This document shows positions 45,860 to 60,824 of a stretch of DNA of 64,000 bases, one piece after another (position 1 is the stretch's first letter; each line of letters begins with the position of its first letter). The notes beneath the pieces are model-generated. The model saw nothing but the letters and a program-made list of their open reading frames with translations. It ran no database searches and was not told the DNA's origin. Where the stretch lies: contig NIVC01003873.1 in NCBI GenBank assembly GCA_002269645.1, forward strand, positions 8,747 through 72,746, given 5' to 3'. Position numbers and translations under genes: made by a program. This stretch comes from Macrostomum lignano. Taxonomy: Eukaryota.

Positions 45860-48800
45860 GGGAGACTGAGGGAGACAGAGGGAGACACAGGAGACAGGGG
45901 GAGACACAGGAGACAGGGGGAGACACCGGAGACAGAGGGAGACACAGGAGACAGGGGGAGACACAGGAGACAGAGAAAGACCCAGAGGGAGACAAACAAC
46001 GAGACAGAAGGAAACACACAGAGAGACGGGGAGAGACACAGGGAGACCTAGGTTAGGCACAGGGGGGAGACACAAAAGGAAGACACAATGGAAGACAGAT
46101 GGAGACACAAAGGGAGACAGGAGATACACAGGAGACAGAGGGAAACACACAGGGAGACAGAGGAAACACACAGGAGACAGAGGGAAACACACAGGGAGAC
46201 AGAGGGAAACACACAAGGAGACAGAGGGAAACACACAGGGAGACAGAGGGAGACACACAGGGAGACAGAGGGAAACACACAGGGAGACAGAGGGAAACAC
46301 ACAGGGAGACAGAGGGAAACACACAGGGAGACAGAGGGAAACACACAGGGAGACAGAGGGAAACACACAGGGAGACAGGAGATACACAGGAGACAGAGGA
46401 AACACACAGGAGACAGAGGGAAACACACAGGGAGACAGAGGGAAACACACAGCGAGACAGAGGGAAACACACAGGAGACAGAGGGAAACACACAGGGAGA
46501 CAGAGGGAAACACACAGGGAGACAGAGGGAAACACACAGGGAGACAGAGGGAAACACACAGGGAGACAGAGGGAAACACACAGGGAGACAGAGGGAAACA
46601 CACAGGGAGACAGAGGGAAACACACAGGGAGACAGAGGGAGACACACAGGGAGACAGAGGGAAACACACAGGGAGACAGAGGGAGACACACAGGGAGACA
46701 GAGGGAAACACACAGGGAGACAGAGGGAAACACACAGGGAGACAGAGGGAAACACACAGGGAGACAGAGGGAAACACACAGGGAGACAGAGGGAGACACA
46801 CAGGGAGACAGAGGGAAACACACAGGGAGACAGAGGGAGACACACAGGGAGACAGAGGGAAACACACAGGGAGACAGAGGGAAACACACAGGGAGACAGA
46901 GGGAAACACACAGGGAGACAGAGGGAAACACACAGGGAGACAGAGGGAAACACACAGGGAGACAGAGGGAAACACACAGGGAGACAGAGGGAAACACACA
47001 GGGAGACAGAGGGAAACACACAGGGAGACAGAGGAAACACACAGGGAGACAGAGGGAAAAACACAGGGAGACAGAGGGAGACACACAGGGAGACAGAGGG
47101 AAACACACAGGGAGACAGAGGGAGACACACAGGGAGACAGAGGGAAACACACAGGGAGACAGAGGGAAACACACAGGGAGACAGAGGGAAACACACAAGG
47201 AGACAGAGGGAAACACACAGGGAGACAGAGGGAGACACACAGGGAGACAGAGGGAAACACACAGGGAGACAGAGGGAAACACACAGGGAGACAGAGGGAA
47301 ACACACAGGGAGACAGAGGGAAACACACAGGGAGACAGAGGGAGACACACAGGGAGACAGAGGGAAACACACAGGAGACAGAGGGAAACACACAGGGAGA
47401 CAGAGGAAACACACAGGGAGACAGAGGGAAACACACAAGGAGACAGAGGGAAACACACAGGGAGACAGAGGGAGACACACAGGGAGACAGAGGGAAACAC
47501 ACAGGGAGACAGAGGGAAACACACAGGGAGACAGAGGGAAACACACAGGGAGACAGAGGGAGACACACAGGGAGACAGGAGATACACAGGAGACAGAGGA
47601 AACACACAGGAGACAGAGGGAAACACACAGGGAGACAGAGGGAAACACACAGGGAGACAGAGGGAAACACACAGGAGACAGAGGGAGACACACAGGGAGA
47701 CAGAGGGAAACACACAGGGAGACAGAGGGAGACACACAGGGAGACAGGAGATACACAGGAGACAGAGGAAACACACAGGAGACAGAGGGAAACACACAGG
47801 GAGACAGAGGGAAACACACAGGGAGACAGAGGGAAACACACAGGAGACAGAGGGAAACACACAGGGAGACAGAGGGAAACACACAGGGAGACAGAGGAAA
47901 CACACAGGGAGACAGAGGGAAACACACAGGGAGACAGAGGGAAACACACAGGGAGACAGAGGGAAACACACAGGGAGACAGAGGGAAACACACAGGGAGA
48001 CAGAGGGAAACACACAGGGAGACAGAGGGAAACACACAGGGAGACAGAGGGAAACACACAGGGAGACAGAGGGAGACACACAGGGAGACAGAGGGAAACA
48101 CACAGGGAGACAGAGGGAGACACACAGGGAGACAGAGGGAAACACACAGGGAGACAGAGGGAAACACACAGGGAGACAGAGGGAAACACACAGGGAGACA
48201 GAGGGAAACACACAGGGAGACAGAGGAAACACACAGGGAGAAAGAGGGAAACACACAGAGAGACAGAGGGAAACACACAGGGAGACAGAGGGAAACACAC
48301 AGGGAGACAGAGGGAGACACACAGGGAGACAGAGGGAAACACACAGGGAGACAGAGGGAAACACACAAGGAGACAGAGGGAAACACACAGGGAGACAGAG
48401 GGAGACACACAGGGAGACAGAGGGAAACACACAGGGAGACAGAGGGAAACACACAGGGAGACAGAGGGAAACACACAGGGAGACAGAGGGAAACACACAG
48501 GGAGACAGAGGAAACACACAGGGAGACAGAGGGAAACACACAGGGAGACAGAGGGAAACACACAGGGAGACAGAGGGAGACACACAGGGAGACAGGAGAT
48601 ACACAGGAGACAGAGGAAACACACAGGAGACAGAGGGAAACACACAGGGAGACAGAGGGAAACACACAGGGAGACAGAGGGAAACACACAGCGAGACAGA
48701 GGGAAACACACAGGGAGACAGAGGGAAACACACAGGGAGACAGAGGGAAACACACAGGGAGACAGAGGGAAACACACAGGGAGACAGAGGGAAACACACA

Positions 48801-51800
48801 GGGAGACAGAGGGAAACACACAGGGAGACAGAGGGAAACACACAGGGAGACAGAGGGAAACACACAGGGAGACAGAGGGAAACACACAGGGAGACAGAGG
48901 GAAACACACAGGGAGACAGAGGGAGACACACAGAGAGACAGGAGATACACAGGAGACAGAGGGAAACACACAGGGAGACAGAGGGAAACACACAGGGAGA
49001 CAGAGGGAAACACACAGGGAGACAGAGGGAAACACACAGGAGACAGAGGGAAACACACAGGGAGACAGAGGGAAACACACAGGGAGACAGAGGGAGACAC
49101 ACAGGGAGACAGGAGATACACAGGAGACAGAGGAAACACACAGGAGACAGAGGGAAACACACAGGGAGACAGAGGGAAACACACAGGGAGACAGAGGGAA
49201 ACACACAGGAGACAGAGGGAAACACACAGGGAGACAGAGGGAAACACACAGGGAGACAGAGGAAACACACAGGGAGACAGAGAGAAACACACAGGGAGAC
49301 AGAGGGAAACACACAGGGAGACAGAGGGAAATACACAGGGAGACAGAGGGAAACACACAGGGAGACAGAGGGAAACACACAGGGAGACAGAGGGAAACAC
49401 ACAGGGAGACAGAGGGAAACACACAGGGAGACAGAGGGAGACACACAGAGAGACAGGAGATACACAGGAGACAGAGGGAAACACACAGGGAGACAGAGGG
49501 AAACACACAGGGAGACAGAGGGAAACACACAGGGAGACAGAGGGAAACACACAGGGAGACAGAGGGAGACACACAGGGAGACAGAGGGAAACACACAGGG
49601 AGACAGAGGGAGACACACAGGGAGACAGAGGGAAACACACAGGGAGACAGAGGGAAACACACAGGGAGACAGAGGGAAACACACAGGGAGACAGAGGGAA
49701 ACACACAGGGAGACAGAGGGAAACACACAGGGAGACAGAGGGAAACACACAGGGAGACAGAGGGAAACACACAGGGAGACAGAGGGAAACACACAGGGAG
49801 ACAGGAGATACACAGGAGACAGAGGAAACACACAGGAGACAGAGGGAAACACACAGGGAGACAGAGGGAAACACACAGGGAGACAGAGGGAAACACACAA
49901 GGAGACAGAGGGAAACACACAGGGAGACAGAGGGAGACACACAGGGAGACAGAGGGAAACACACAGGGAGACAGAGGGAAACACACAGGGAGACAGAGGG
50001 AAACACACAGGGAGACAGAGGGAAACACACAGGGAGACAGAGGGAGACACACAGGGAGACAGGAGATACACAGGAGACAGAGGGAAACACACAGGGAGAC
50101 AGAGGAAACACACAGGGAGACAGAGGGAAACACACAAGGAGACAGAGGGAAACACACAGGGAGACAGAGGGAGACACACAGGGAGACAGAGGGAAACACA
50201 CAGGGAGACAGAGGGAAACACACAGGGAGACAGAGGGAAACACACAGGGAGACAGAGGGAGACACACAGGGAGACAGGAGATACACAGGAGACAGAGGAA
50301 ACACACAGGAGACAGTGGGAAACACACAGGGAGACAGAGGGAAACACACAGGGAGACAGAGGGAAACACACAGGAGACAGAGGGAGACACACAGGGAGAC
50401 AGAGGGAAACACACAGGGAGACAGAGGGAGACACACAGGGAGACAGGAGATACACAGGAGACAGAGGAAACACACAGGAGACAGAGGGAAACACACAGGG
50501 AGACAGAGGGAAACACACAGGGAGACAGAGGGAAACACACAGGAGACAGAGGGAAACACACAGGGAGACAGAGGGAAACACACAGGGAGACAGAGGAAAC
50601 ACACAGGGAGACAGAGGGAAACACACAGGGAGACAGAGGGAAACACACAGGGAGACAGAGGGAAACACACAGGGAGACAGAGGGAAACACACAGGGAGAC
50701 AGAGGGAAACACACAGGGAGACAGAGGGAAACACACAGGGAGACAGAGGGAAACACACAGGGAGACAGAGGGAAAACACAGGGAGACAGAGGGAGACACA
50801 CAGGGAGACAGAGGGAAACACACAGGGAGACAGAGGGAGACACACAGGGAGACAGAGGGAAACACACAGGGAGACAGAGGGAAACACACAGGGAGACAGA
50901 GGGAAACACACAGGGAGACAGAGGGAAACACACAGGGAGACAGAGGAAACACACAGGGAGAAAGAGGGAAACACACAGAGAGACAGAGGGAAACACACAG
51001 GGAGACAGAGGGAAACACACAGGGAGACAGAGGGAAACACACAGGGAGACAGAGGGAAACACACAGGGAGACAGAGGGAAACACACAAGGAGACAGAGGG
51101 AAACACACAGGGAGACAGAGGGAGACACACAGGGAGACAGAGGGAAACACACAGGGAGACAGAGGGAAACACACAGGGAGACAGAGGGAAACACACAGGG
51201 AGACAGAGGGAAACACACAGGGAGACAGAGGAAACACACAGGGAGACAGAGGGAAACACACAGGGAGACAGAGGGAAACACACAGGGAGACAGAGGGAGA
51301 CACACAGGGAGACAGGAGATACACAGGAGACAGAGGAAACACACAGGAGACAGAGGGAAACACACAGGGAGACAGAGGGAAACACACAGGGAGACAGAGG
51401 GAAACACACAGGGAGACAGACGGAAACACACAGGGAGACAGAGGGAAACACACAGGGAGACAGAGGGAAACACACAGGGAGACAGAGGGAAACACACAGG
51501 GAGACAGAGGGAAACACACAGGGAGACAGAGGGAAACACACAGGGAGACAGAGGGAAACACACAGGGAGACAGAGGGAGACACACAGAGAGACAGGAGAT
51601 ACACAGGAGACAGAGGGAAACACACAGGGAGACAGAGGGAAACACACAGGGAGACAGAGGGAAACACACAGGGAGACAGAGGGAAACACACAGGAGACAG
51701 AGGGAAACACACAGGGAGACAGAGGGAAACACACAGGGAGACAGAGGGAGACACACAGGGAGACAGGAGATACACAGGAGACAGAGGAAACACACAGGAG

Positions 51801-54050
51801 ACAGAGGGAAACACACAGGGAGACAGAGGGAAACACACAGGGAGACAGAGGGAAACACACAGGAGACAGAGGGAAACACACAGGGAGACAGAGGGAAACA
51901 CACAGGGAGACAGAGGAAACACACAGGGAGACAGAGGGAAACACACAGGGAGACAGAGGGAAACACACAGGGAGACAGAGGGAAATACACAGGGAGACAG
52001 AGGGAAACACACAGGGAGACAGAGGGAAACACACAGGGAGACAGAGGGAAACACACAGGGAGACAGAGGGAAACACACAGGGAGACAGAGGGAGACACAC
52101 AGAGAGACAGGAGATACACAGGAGACAGAGGGAAACACACAGGGAGACAGAGGGAAACACACAGGGAGACAGAGGGAAACACACAGGGAGACAGAGGGAA
52201 ACACACAGGGAGACAGAGGGAGACACACAGGGAGACAGAGGGAAACACACAGGGAGACAGAGGGAGACACACAGGGAGACAGAGGGAAACACACAGGGAG
52301 ACAGAGGGAAACACACAGGGAGACAGAGGGAAACACACAAGGAGACAGAGGGAAACACACAGGGAGACAGAGGGAGACACACAGGGAGACAGAGGGAAAC
52401 ACACAGGGAGACAGAGGGAAACACACAGGGAGACAGAGGGAAACACACAGGGAGACAGAGGGAAACACACAGGGAGACAGAGGAAACACACAGGGAGACA
52501 GAGGGAAACACACAGGGAGACAGAGGGAAACACACAGGGAGACAGAGGGAGACACACAGGGAGACAGGAGATACACAGGAGACAGAGGAAACACAAAGGA
52601 GACAGAGGGAAACACACAGGGAGACAGAGGGAAACACACAGGGAGACAGAGGGAAACACACAGGGAGACAGAGGGAAACACACAGGGAGACAGAGGGAAA
52701 CACACAGGGAGACAGAGGGAAACACACAGGGAGACAGAGGGAAACACACAGGGAGACAGAGGGAAACACACAGGGAGACAGAGGGAAACACACAGGGAGA
52801 CAGAGGGAAACACACAGGGAGACAGAGGGAGACACACAGAGAGACAGGAGATACACAGGAGACAGAGGGAAACACACAGGGAGACAGAGGGAAACACACA
52901 GGGAGACAGAGGGAAACACACAGGGAGACAGAGGGAAACACACAGGAGACAGAGGGAAACACACAGGGAGACAGAGGGAAACACACAGGGAGACAGAGGG
53001 AGACACACAGGGAGACAGGAGATACACAGGAGACAGAGGAAACACACAGGAGACAGAGGGAAACACACAGGGAGACAGAGGGAAACACACAGGGAGACAG
53101 AGGGAAACACACAGGAGACAGAGGGAAACACACAGGGAGACAGAGGGAAACACACAGGGAGACAGAGGAAACACACAGGGAGACAGAGGGAAACACACAG
53201 GGAGACAGAGGGAAACACACAGGGAGACAGAGGGAAATACACAGGGAGACAGAGGGAAACACACAGGGAGACAGAGGGAAACACACAGGGAGACAGAGGG
53301 AAACACACAGGGAGACAGAGGGAAACACACAGGGAGACAGAGGGAGACACACAGAGAGACAGGAGATACACAGGAGACAGAGGGAAACACACAGGGAGAC
53401 AGAGGGAAACACACAGGGAGACAGAGGGAAACACACAGGGAGACAGAGGGAAACACACAGGGAGACAGAGGGAGACACACAGGGAGACAGAGGGAAACAC
53501 ACAGGGAGACAGAGGGAGACACACAGGGAGACAGAGGGAAACACACAGGGAGACAGAGGGAAACACACAGGGAGACAGAGGGAAACACACAGGGAGACAG
53601 AGGGAAACACACAGGGAGACAGAGGGAAACACACAGGGAGACAGAGGGAAACACACAGGGAGACAGAGAGAAACACACAGAGAGACAGAGGGAAACACAC
53701 AGGGAGACAGAGGGAAACACACAGGGAGACAGAGGGAAACACACAGGGAGACAGAGGGAAACACACAGGGAGACAGAGAGAAACACACAGAGAGACAGAG
53801 GGAAACACACAGGGAGACAGAGGAAAAAACTGAGGGAGACAGAGGGAAACACACAGGAGACAGAGGGAAACACACAGGGAGACAGAGGGAAACACACAGG
53901 GAGACAGAGGAAACACACAGGGAGACAGAGGGAAACACACAGGGAGACAGAGGGAAACACACAGGAGACAGAGGGAGACACAAAGGGAGATACACAGGAG
54001 ACAGGAGACACACATAGACAGGGAAACACAGAGGGAGACACAGGAAAGGG
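45860..54050. repeat. ~8.2 kb 22-bp satellite, nearly T-free on the + strand
   Basis: Unit gggagacagagggaaacacaca with 20/21-bp variants; explains the 2500-2760-aa ORFs on both strands. Confidence 0.98.
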
Positions 54051-54609
54051 ACAATGCTGAAAACAGTCAGTATGCAGGACATTATATTGCAATGATAACT
54101 CACCAGTAAATTAGCACAACCGAATTATCCAGCGTTTGCGCATTTTTCTCGTTCAAATTAGCTTAGAAGATTAAATAAGATTAATAAGATAATTACTAAA
54201 CTTTTTCGACCTTCTAGAAAGACAGATAAATCTTCAGCCTGGGTTTTTGCTTCTTTTCGTTTGTATTTTTATAATCAAGCAAAAAGCACTGCACACGAGC
54301 ACGCTATCTGGGGCGCCTCAAAAGCGTTCTATTGTTAAATATTCTGCAGTTTACAGCCTGCCGATGCTGAGTAAGCGCGAAGGGTCAGGCGGTCAGTCCG
54401 GCCTCTCCATTCTATACTATAGGAGTACGCGTATTCAATATAGTTAGCTTGAGCTAGCTTACGAATTTGAGGGGCCGGTCGGGGTCACGGGACCCCCACC
54501 CTCGCTATCTCTCTCTCCTTCGCTTATAATAAGCATGGAGTTCTAAGGCTTGCAACTGCCGGAATGGAACCTGCTTGTTTTGTGTCTCTCCGTCTCACTG
54601 GAGTCCACT

Positions 54610-55240
54610 CAGCATCTCGATCTCCATTTCACTGTCTCCATCTCACTCTCCATGTCACTGTCTCCCTCTCACTCTCCATCTCACTCTCCATGTTATTGTC
54701 TCCCTCTCACTCTCCACCTTACTGTCTCCCGCTCGCTCTCCGTCTCACTATCTCCATCTCACTCTCCATCTCACTGTCCATGTCACTGTCTCCATCTCAC
54801 TCTCCCTCTCACTCTCCACCTTACTGTCTCCCGCTCGCTCTCCGTCTCACTATCTCCATCTCACTCTCCATCTCACTCTCCATGTCACTGTCTCCATCTC
54901 ACTCTCCATGTCACTGTCTCCATCTCACTCTCCATGTCACTGTCTCCATCTCACTCTCCATGTCACTGTCTCCATCTCACTCTCCATGTCACTGTCTCCA
55001 TCTCACTCTCCATGTCACTGTCTCCATCTCACTCTCCATGTCACTGTCTCCATCTCACTCTCCATGTCACTGTCTCCATCTCACTCTCCATGTCACTGTC
55101 TCCATCTCACTCTCCATGTCACTGTCTCCATCTCACTCTCCATGTCACTGTCTCCATCTCACTCTCCATGTCACTGTCTCCATCTCACTCTCCATGTCAC
55201 TGTCTCCATCTCACTCTCTCTCCCTGACTATCTCCATCTC
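54610..55240. repeat. 26-bp minisatellite
   Basis: Unit ctccatctcactctccatgtcactgt. Confidence 0.95.
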
Positions 55241-55795
55241 ACTATCCATCCCAAGCGTACCATCTTTATCCCTTTCATTTCTTTCTCCAAGAGATAAAAC
55301 ACGGGGCATTTATTTAGTAACTTGGCAACTTCAGAACTCTATATCCAATATTCCATGCAATACATGAGCCACTTGAGCTAAATATATATACCGTATATCT
55401 TGCCATCTTCTCAGCGAAAACACGCTGCAACTTGCCCCGAGTCAACCACCCACAGCCACCTACCAGACTGACCCTACAACACGCGGCAATCAAGCATATA
55501 CATAAGCTCATATGTATGCAGTCACTACACTAAATCATGTGGCGAATACAGCCCTTAGCCCTTGCTAGACTGTTTTCCACGCCAGCTGTTTTCTGACAGC
55601 ACCATCTTCACTTAACTTTGTTTGATCTATTTGGACAGCTATTCCTTTCTTTCCTTTGCAAATAGTCTCAAATCAAACAAACGTTTCAAGCTTGTGTACA
55701 GTACAGAGGGAGAGGAAACTAGATAAGGCAGTGCAAAGTTAATTTGCTTGAATTTGAGTACTACTCATGGCTTTATCTTCCAAAAATAGAAGATT

Positions 55796-55796
<1 letters not shown>

Positions 55797-55846
<50 letters not shown>

Positions 55847-55847
55847 G

Positions 55848-55892
<45 letters not shown>

Positions 55893-55893
55893 G

Positions 55894-55980
<87 letters not shown>

Positions 55981-56067
55981 GGATGGATAGATAGATAGAT
56001 AGATAGATAGATGGATAGATAGATAGACAGATAGATAGGTAGATAGATAGATAGATAGATAGATAGG

Positions 56068-56124
<57 letters not shown>

Positions 56125-56212
56125 GGATAGATGGATAGATGGATAGATGGATAGATAGATAGATGGATAGATAGATGGATAGATGGATAGATGGATAGAT
56201 GGATAGATAGAC
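55797..56212. repeat. (GATA)n microsatellite with GATG variants
   Basis: About 100 tetramer copies read directly. Confidence 0.99.
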
Positions 56213-56611
56213 AGACACATAAGTCTTACCCAAATTTAGTTGATTTATTTACCAGAGGGGAGAGACTGACTGTCTGTAAGCAATACTTTGCGTAAAATAA
56301 ATTCCGGTGTATTTGGATATATTTTAAACAAACAATAATGAGATTGCAATATAAAAGCAAGCTAGCAAATTAAAAAAGAAAATTAATTAAACACGCTTGT
56401 AAGCAGACAGTACGAATAAAATGAAATACAGCTGTCACCATAATAACTGACTTAAAAACAACAATTGCTCAACGTCGAATTTGAATTGCTAATCAACCAA
56501 TCAACAAAATTTTACAAGTTGTCAAATCTTACGTATACAGATTTTGCGTCGTATAAAAATCATATTTTTACTCAGGGAGTTTAGTTTATACAATCCGCAT
56601 CCAATAGAACA

Positions 56612-56838
56612 GTCACTCCCATAGAATAGTCACTCCCATAGAAGTCACTCTAATAGAATAGTTACTCCCATAGAACAGTCACTCCCATAGAATAGTCACT
56701 CCCATAGAATAGTCACTCCCATAGAATAGTCACTCCCATAGAATAGTCACTCCCATAGAATAGTCACTCCCATAGAATAGTCACTCCCATAGAATAGTCA
56801 CTCCCATAGAATAGTCACTCACGTAGAATAGTCACTCC
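56612..56838. repeat. 17-bp minisatellite
   Basis: Unit cccatagaatagtcact. Confidence 0.95.
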
Positions 56839-56888
56839 ATTAAAATTGTCACTCAAAAGCCTCAAAAAGTTCACTCCATCCAGCACTC

Positions 56889-59297
56889 CTACTGATTGTC
56901 CGTTTGTCCACCAACCGGATCGAGAGGACACGGCGGCAGGTCGGGCAGCTCCGGCAGGGTGACGGTGAGCACCGGCCGCTCAGCAGGCAGTCCGCGACGT
57001 CGCAGTCTTTGCCTCTCGTCGGCGGCCGCGTCAGAAGCGGCTTCAGCAAGCACCCGCAGCCGCTCCAGAGCCTCCTTGACAGTTGGCCAGTCGCGGACCG
57101 ACCCAAACGCCGCGTCGGATGCGTCGACCGATTGCGAGGATGAGGCTGCGTCGTCGTCGAGGCCGTTGCCATGGTAACAGTCGGTTCCGACACCGGTTGG
57201 CAACAGAAGCAGCGGCTCGGGTGGAACCGAAATCGCTGGCGATTGGTTCAGACGGTCGGCCAGGGAGCGCACCTGCCGATAAAAAAGTCGGAAAAGTCCG
57301 TTTATATCTACTCAATAAGAAACCATTAGTAGTAAAGTTAGGCATGCGTAGCCAGGGAGGGGACAATGGGCTGCGGCACCCTTGCCTCAATTGGCTGGCA
57401 ACCCCCCTTAGCAGTAGCTTTGGCGCCCCTGGGGGTCGCCATCACAAACCCGAAATATCATAACTCCGAAAAAAACAAAATAGTGTTGGAAATTGCTAGA
57501 ACCTTCAAAGTGTGATATTTCGGGTTTGTGACATTTCGGGTTTATGATGGAATTGGAAAGCGCTTTTCGGAGTTGTGATATTTCGGGTTTTTGATGCCCC
57601 CCCCGCCCCTGGTGCTAAAGCCGCTGGTGCTAAATCTAGTGCCTAGTTCCCTAGTCATTGTCCTGAGCAAAATGACACTTTGGTCCAAATTTCGGTTCAA
57701 TTAAATATTTTCTGGCCTGTATTTTCTTATTATGTGCGTTCACCCACCACCACTTTATCCACTTATGTTTTCGCGCGGTTTTCGTTTAACCTATCAATAC
57801 TCATCGCCTGACGATGCCACTTGTGTGCCGAAACATGTCGCTAAACTAAAATATATCGTTCACAATATGTCGTTAGATATAGCTTACTCGTATAATGATA
57901 AAGCTGTTTTTCTCACTACTGTAAAATGTAAAAATGGCTGGAAGAAGGTAGCATCACCTGCTCTTCGGTGCAGTCGGACCCCGACAGCCCCAGCATATAG
58001 AACGGATCGCGCTCCAAGTTGAGCACAAACCACACCAGCTCTTTGAGCGAATAAGCCACCCCGTGAGCTCGGAGTACCTCCAGCTGCGTGAGACATTTTC
58101 GAACAAAAGTTGAAGCCAGAAAACGAACCGCCGGATGCTCCCAGCCGGTGGCAGCGGGGCTTCCGGCATTCGATGATGCGGCAGCAGCGGTGGTGGCAGC
58201 GTCATCAAAGGCACCGCTGTTTTCTGCTGCTAGAACTGCCTCCTTCACTTCGGCTAGTAGAGCTGTTTATTGGGAATTAATAAATGAATGAAATTATATC
58301 ATTTCGTGCTCAGTTTTCATTTAGTGTTTAATTCAAGACTAATTGGAATGAAAATATTGATTTAGTTTTTAATACAGTTTTAAATGTCAATATTAGCAAG
58401 AGTCAATTTAAAAAAATGAAAAAAATAATTGCCAAACTGTATTTTCAATATATGCACATGGATATAGGGAACCTGAAACAAATTTTCAACCTTATTAAAA
58501 TATAGAATTTACCTTACCCTTTTATTTAAATCAATAAAAATCAAATCAATAAAAACTATAAAAGCAATGATTTCAATATAGCATGGGATCATTAGGATCC
58601 TTAGGATCATTAGGATCCTAATGATCATTGGGATCATTAGCAAACAGAAGTTTAAAAGTATTTTACTAAGCTTAAAACTTTTTAACAGCCCTTTATTTTA
58701 ATGCTAAAATAACAATATAAACATATCAATCTTGAAAGCTTTATATAGGAAATGATAACTACAAGTAGCTATAGTTTATCTTTTTAGAAAAGAAAAACAC
58801 GGAGCTAATAAGCTCACTAATGAGACTTTAAACATGTCATTTTTAACAGAAACTATATGTATAGCATTTGGCAATTTGCTTGTCTTTAATGCTTCAGTCA
58901 AGTCATTCTATCTGATATATATTTTTTCTTTACAAAAAGCCTAAATATAATTCACATAATGGCCTGATTTTTCCTTGATTTAAATATCTCCATTTGGCAT
59001 ATTTAAAATGATAGGGCATAACTAAAGATGCGCACATTAAATTCAAATTGGTGCTGAATGGTATGGCATAATTCTAATTTATCATTTAATAAGGCCTTAT
59101 TTACTAATCGACTTTGAATTGGCTTCATTTAAACTTCAAATAGGCTTTATTAATAATAACAATTGATATTTAGTCAGCTCTATGATTGTGTTTCTTGTCA
59201 AATGTTTTTCAACATAAAGAAACAACAAGTTCATTACATATTTACCTTTTTCTGAATCACTAAGTGGCAGTAGATTAAATTCATCTGATTCCATCAT
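56889..59297 (-). CDS. 3-exon gene (~246 aa) with a partial J-domain-like segment lacking HPD
   Basis: Exons 59297-59246, 58262-57958, 57272-56889; GT-AG, intron phases 1 and 0 consistent (741 nt). RDPFYMLGLSGSDCTEEQVR resembles J-domain helices I-II. Confidence 0.65.
57431..57602. mobile_element. Small palindromic MITE-like element in an intron
   Basis: catcacaaacccgaaatatcataactccgaaaa inverted as ttttcggagttgtgatatttcgggtttttgatg; G-run/C-run ends. Confidence 0.65.
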
Positions 59298-60824
59298 TCA
59301 TAAATTATTTAATACCACCTCTCCTAAGTAAAAAGTCTTTAAAAATTAAAAAATAGCTGTATATTAACTCTATCTATTTTTAAAATCTACCTAAAAACCA
59401 TACTTTGAGACAATGATAGGCGGGTCGTATCTATTACAGTTCTATTTGCTTAATTACAAAAAAGAGTAGTTAATTAAATAAAATACATGTATATTACACG
59501 GCTCACTCGAAAACTGCTCACAGATCAGATTGCCGAGTCACTAATTCCTAAATTTAGGTAGGATTAGGTCTAATCTATGAATACCGAAAGCTTGAAATAA
59601 AATTATGATTAAGAACTAAGTCAACGTAACCTCAGCTGCTTTTTCTAAGAAAAAAGGATTTTGGGATTTTTTAAATATAATTTTCGCGCTGAAAACTCGT
59701 CATAAAACCCGGAATACAATTCTCAGGCTGGCCACAAAGTATGCTATTACATGTAGTTTGGAATCGGTCAATTTTGGTATTTTGGTCAGTTTCATATCAT
59801 AATATCAGTGGTAGAAAACAATATTTTTTCTAAAAACCGTGTCTTTTGATCTACAAACTAACAACACCCCATCTAGAATTGTAATCATATGTGCTATACA
59901 CATATAGACTGCCGCCTCACCCCTTTTTGATCTTTATATAGCTACCTCTCATTCATTCTTTCATTCTTTTTGTACTTAGTAGTTAAATACACCTCATGTA
60001 CACCGGTTAGATAATATATATGCATTTAAATGAACATGCCATCTTTAGGGACCAATGTTGCATGTTGCTACGATGCCACATTTCTATGTAACTTTTACGT
60101 AGTAACGGTATAACTTCTACTGATCCCAATATATTTTTGAAAGACTGTGCTGCGAGGGTTGGGGAAGCGTGTTGACCCAATTTCAAGATACAATTTGTAG
60201 CGGTCAGCAGCGCGGCTCCGAAAAAATGCAACATATATAAAACAGCATATTATTTTAATTCTACATGTATCTTATTTTAAGAACTCCGACGATGAAAATG
60301 CCACAGCATCAAACGATACAAGTGAGCACGAACTCAGGCGCTGCAGAAATGCTATGGAAATTTTGGGATTGATTGACTAACGAACTGCATGTGTCACTAA
60401 TGACTACTATCGAACGTTGGCTATAATGGACGTTCAAAAAATTCATTTATGCGAATATTGGTTGTGGATTTATTTTTACTATATTGCTTTTAATATTATT
60501 CGCCTAACGCAAGCGTCGCTCAAAAATTATTCCTCACGTACATGTAAATTTATTCATCTATTTTAATATTAATTTAGTTTTCGCTGTTGTGTACATGTAA
60601 TTAAGTTGGTACGTGTGCATGCTAGTGGCGTATTAACTTTTTAAAAAGCTACCTGGGGATGCGCCCTCCCCCCTGCGCCCTCCAGCTAAAAAAATTGCGC
60701 TCCCCTAAAAAACTAAATGAAGGAGGTACATTCGTAATTAAATCAAGCTCGACGAATGGCAGGAGCTCAATTTTAACCAACCTCTTTGGACGTGGCATCT
60801 ACGATCTACTGGGCCAAATTGGGC

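Noticed and set aside
45809-54103. Five ORFs of 2581-2764 aa
   Set aside because: Translations of a 22-bp satellite lacking T on one strand (no stop codons possible); open in nearly all frames on both strands.
55370-55465. Possible minus-strand exon that might belong to an Ack kinase gene
   Set aside because: Has AG/GT boundaries, but the translation shows no kinase, SH3, SAM or CRIB motif.
54550-56233. His/Ser-rich and SIYL-repeat ORFs
   Set aside because: 26-bp minisatellite and (GATA)n microsatellite.
60281-60379. Possible plus-strand terminal exon NSDDENATASNDTSEHELRRC...
   Set aside because: Short, no upstream partner exon or recognisable domain found.
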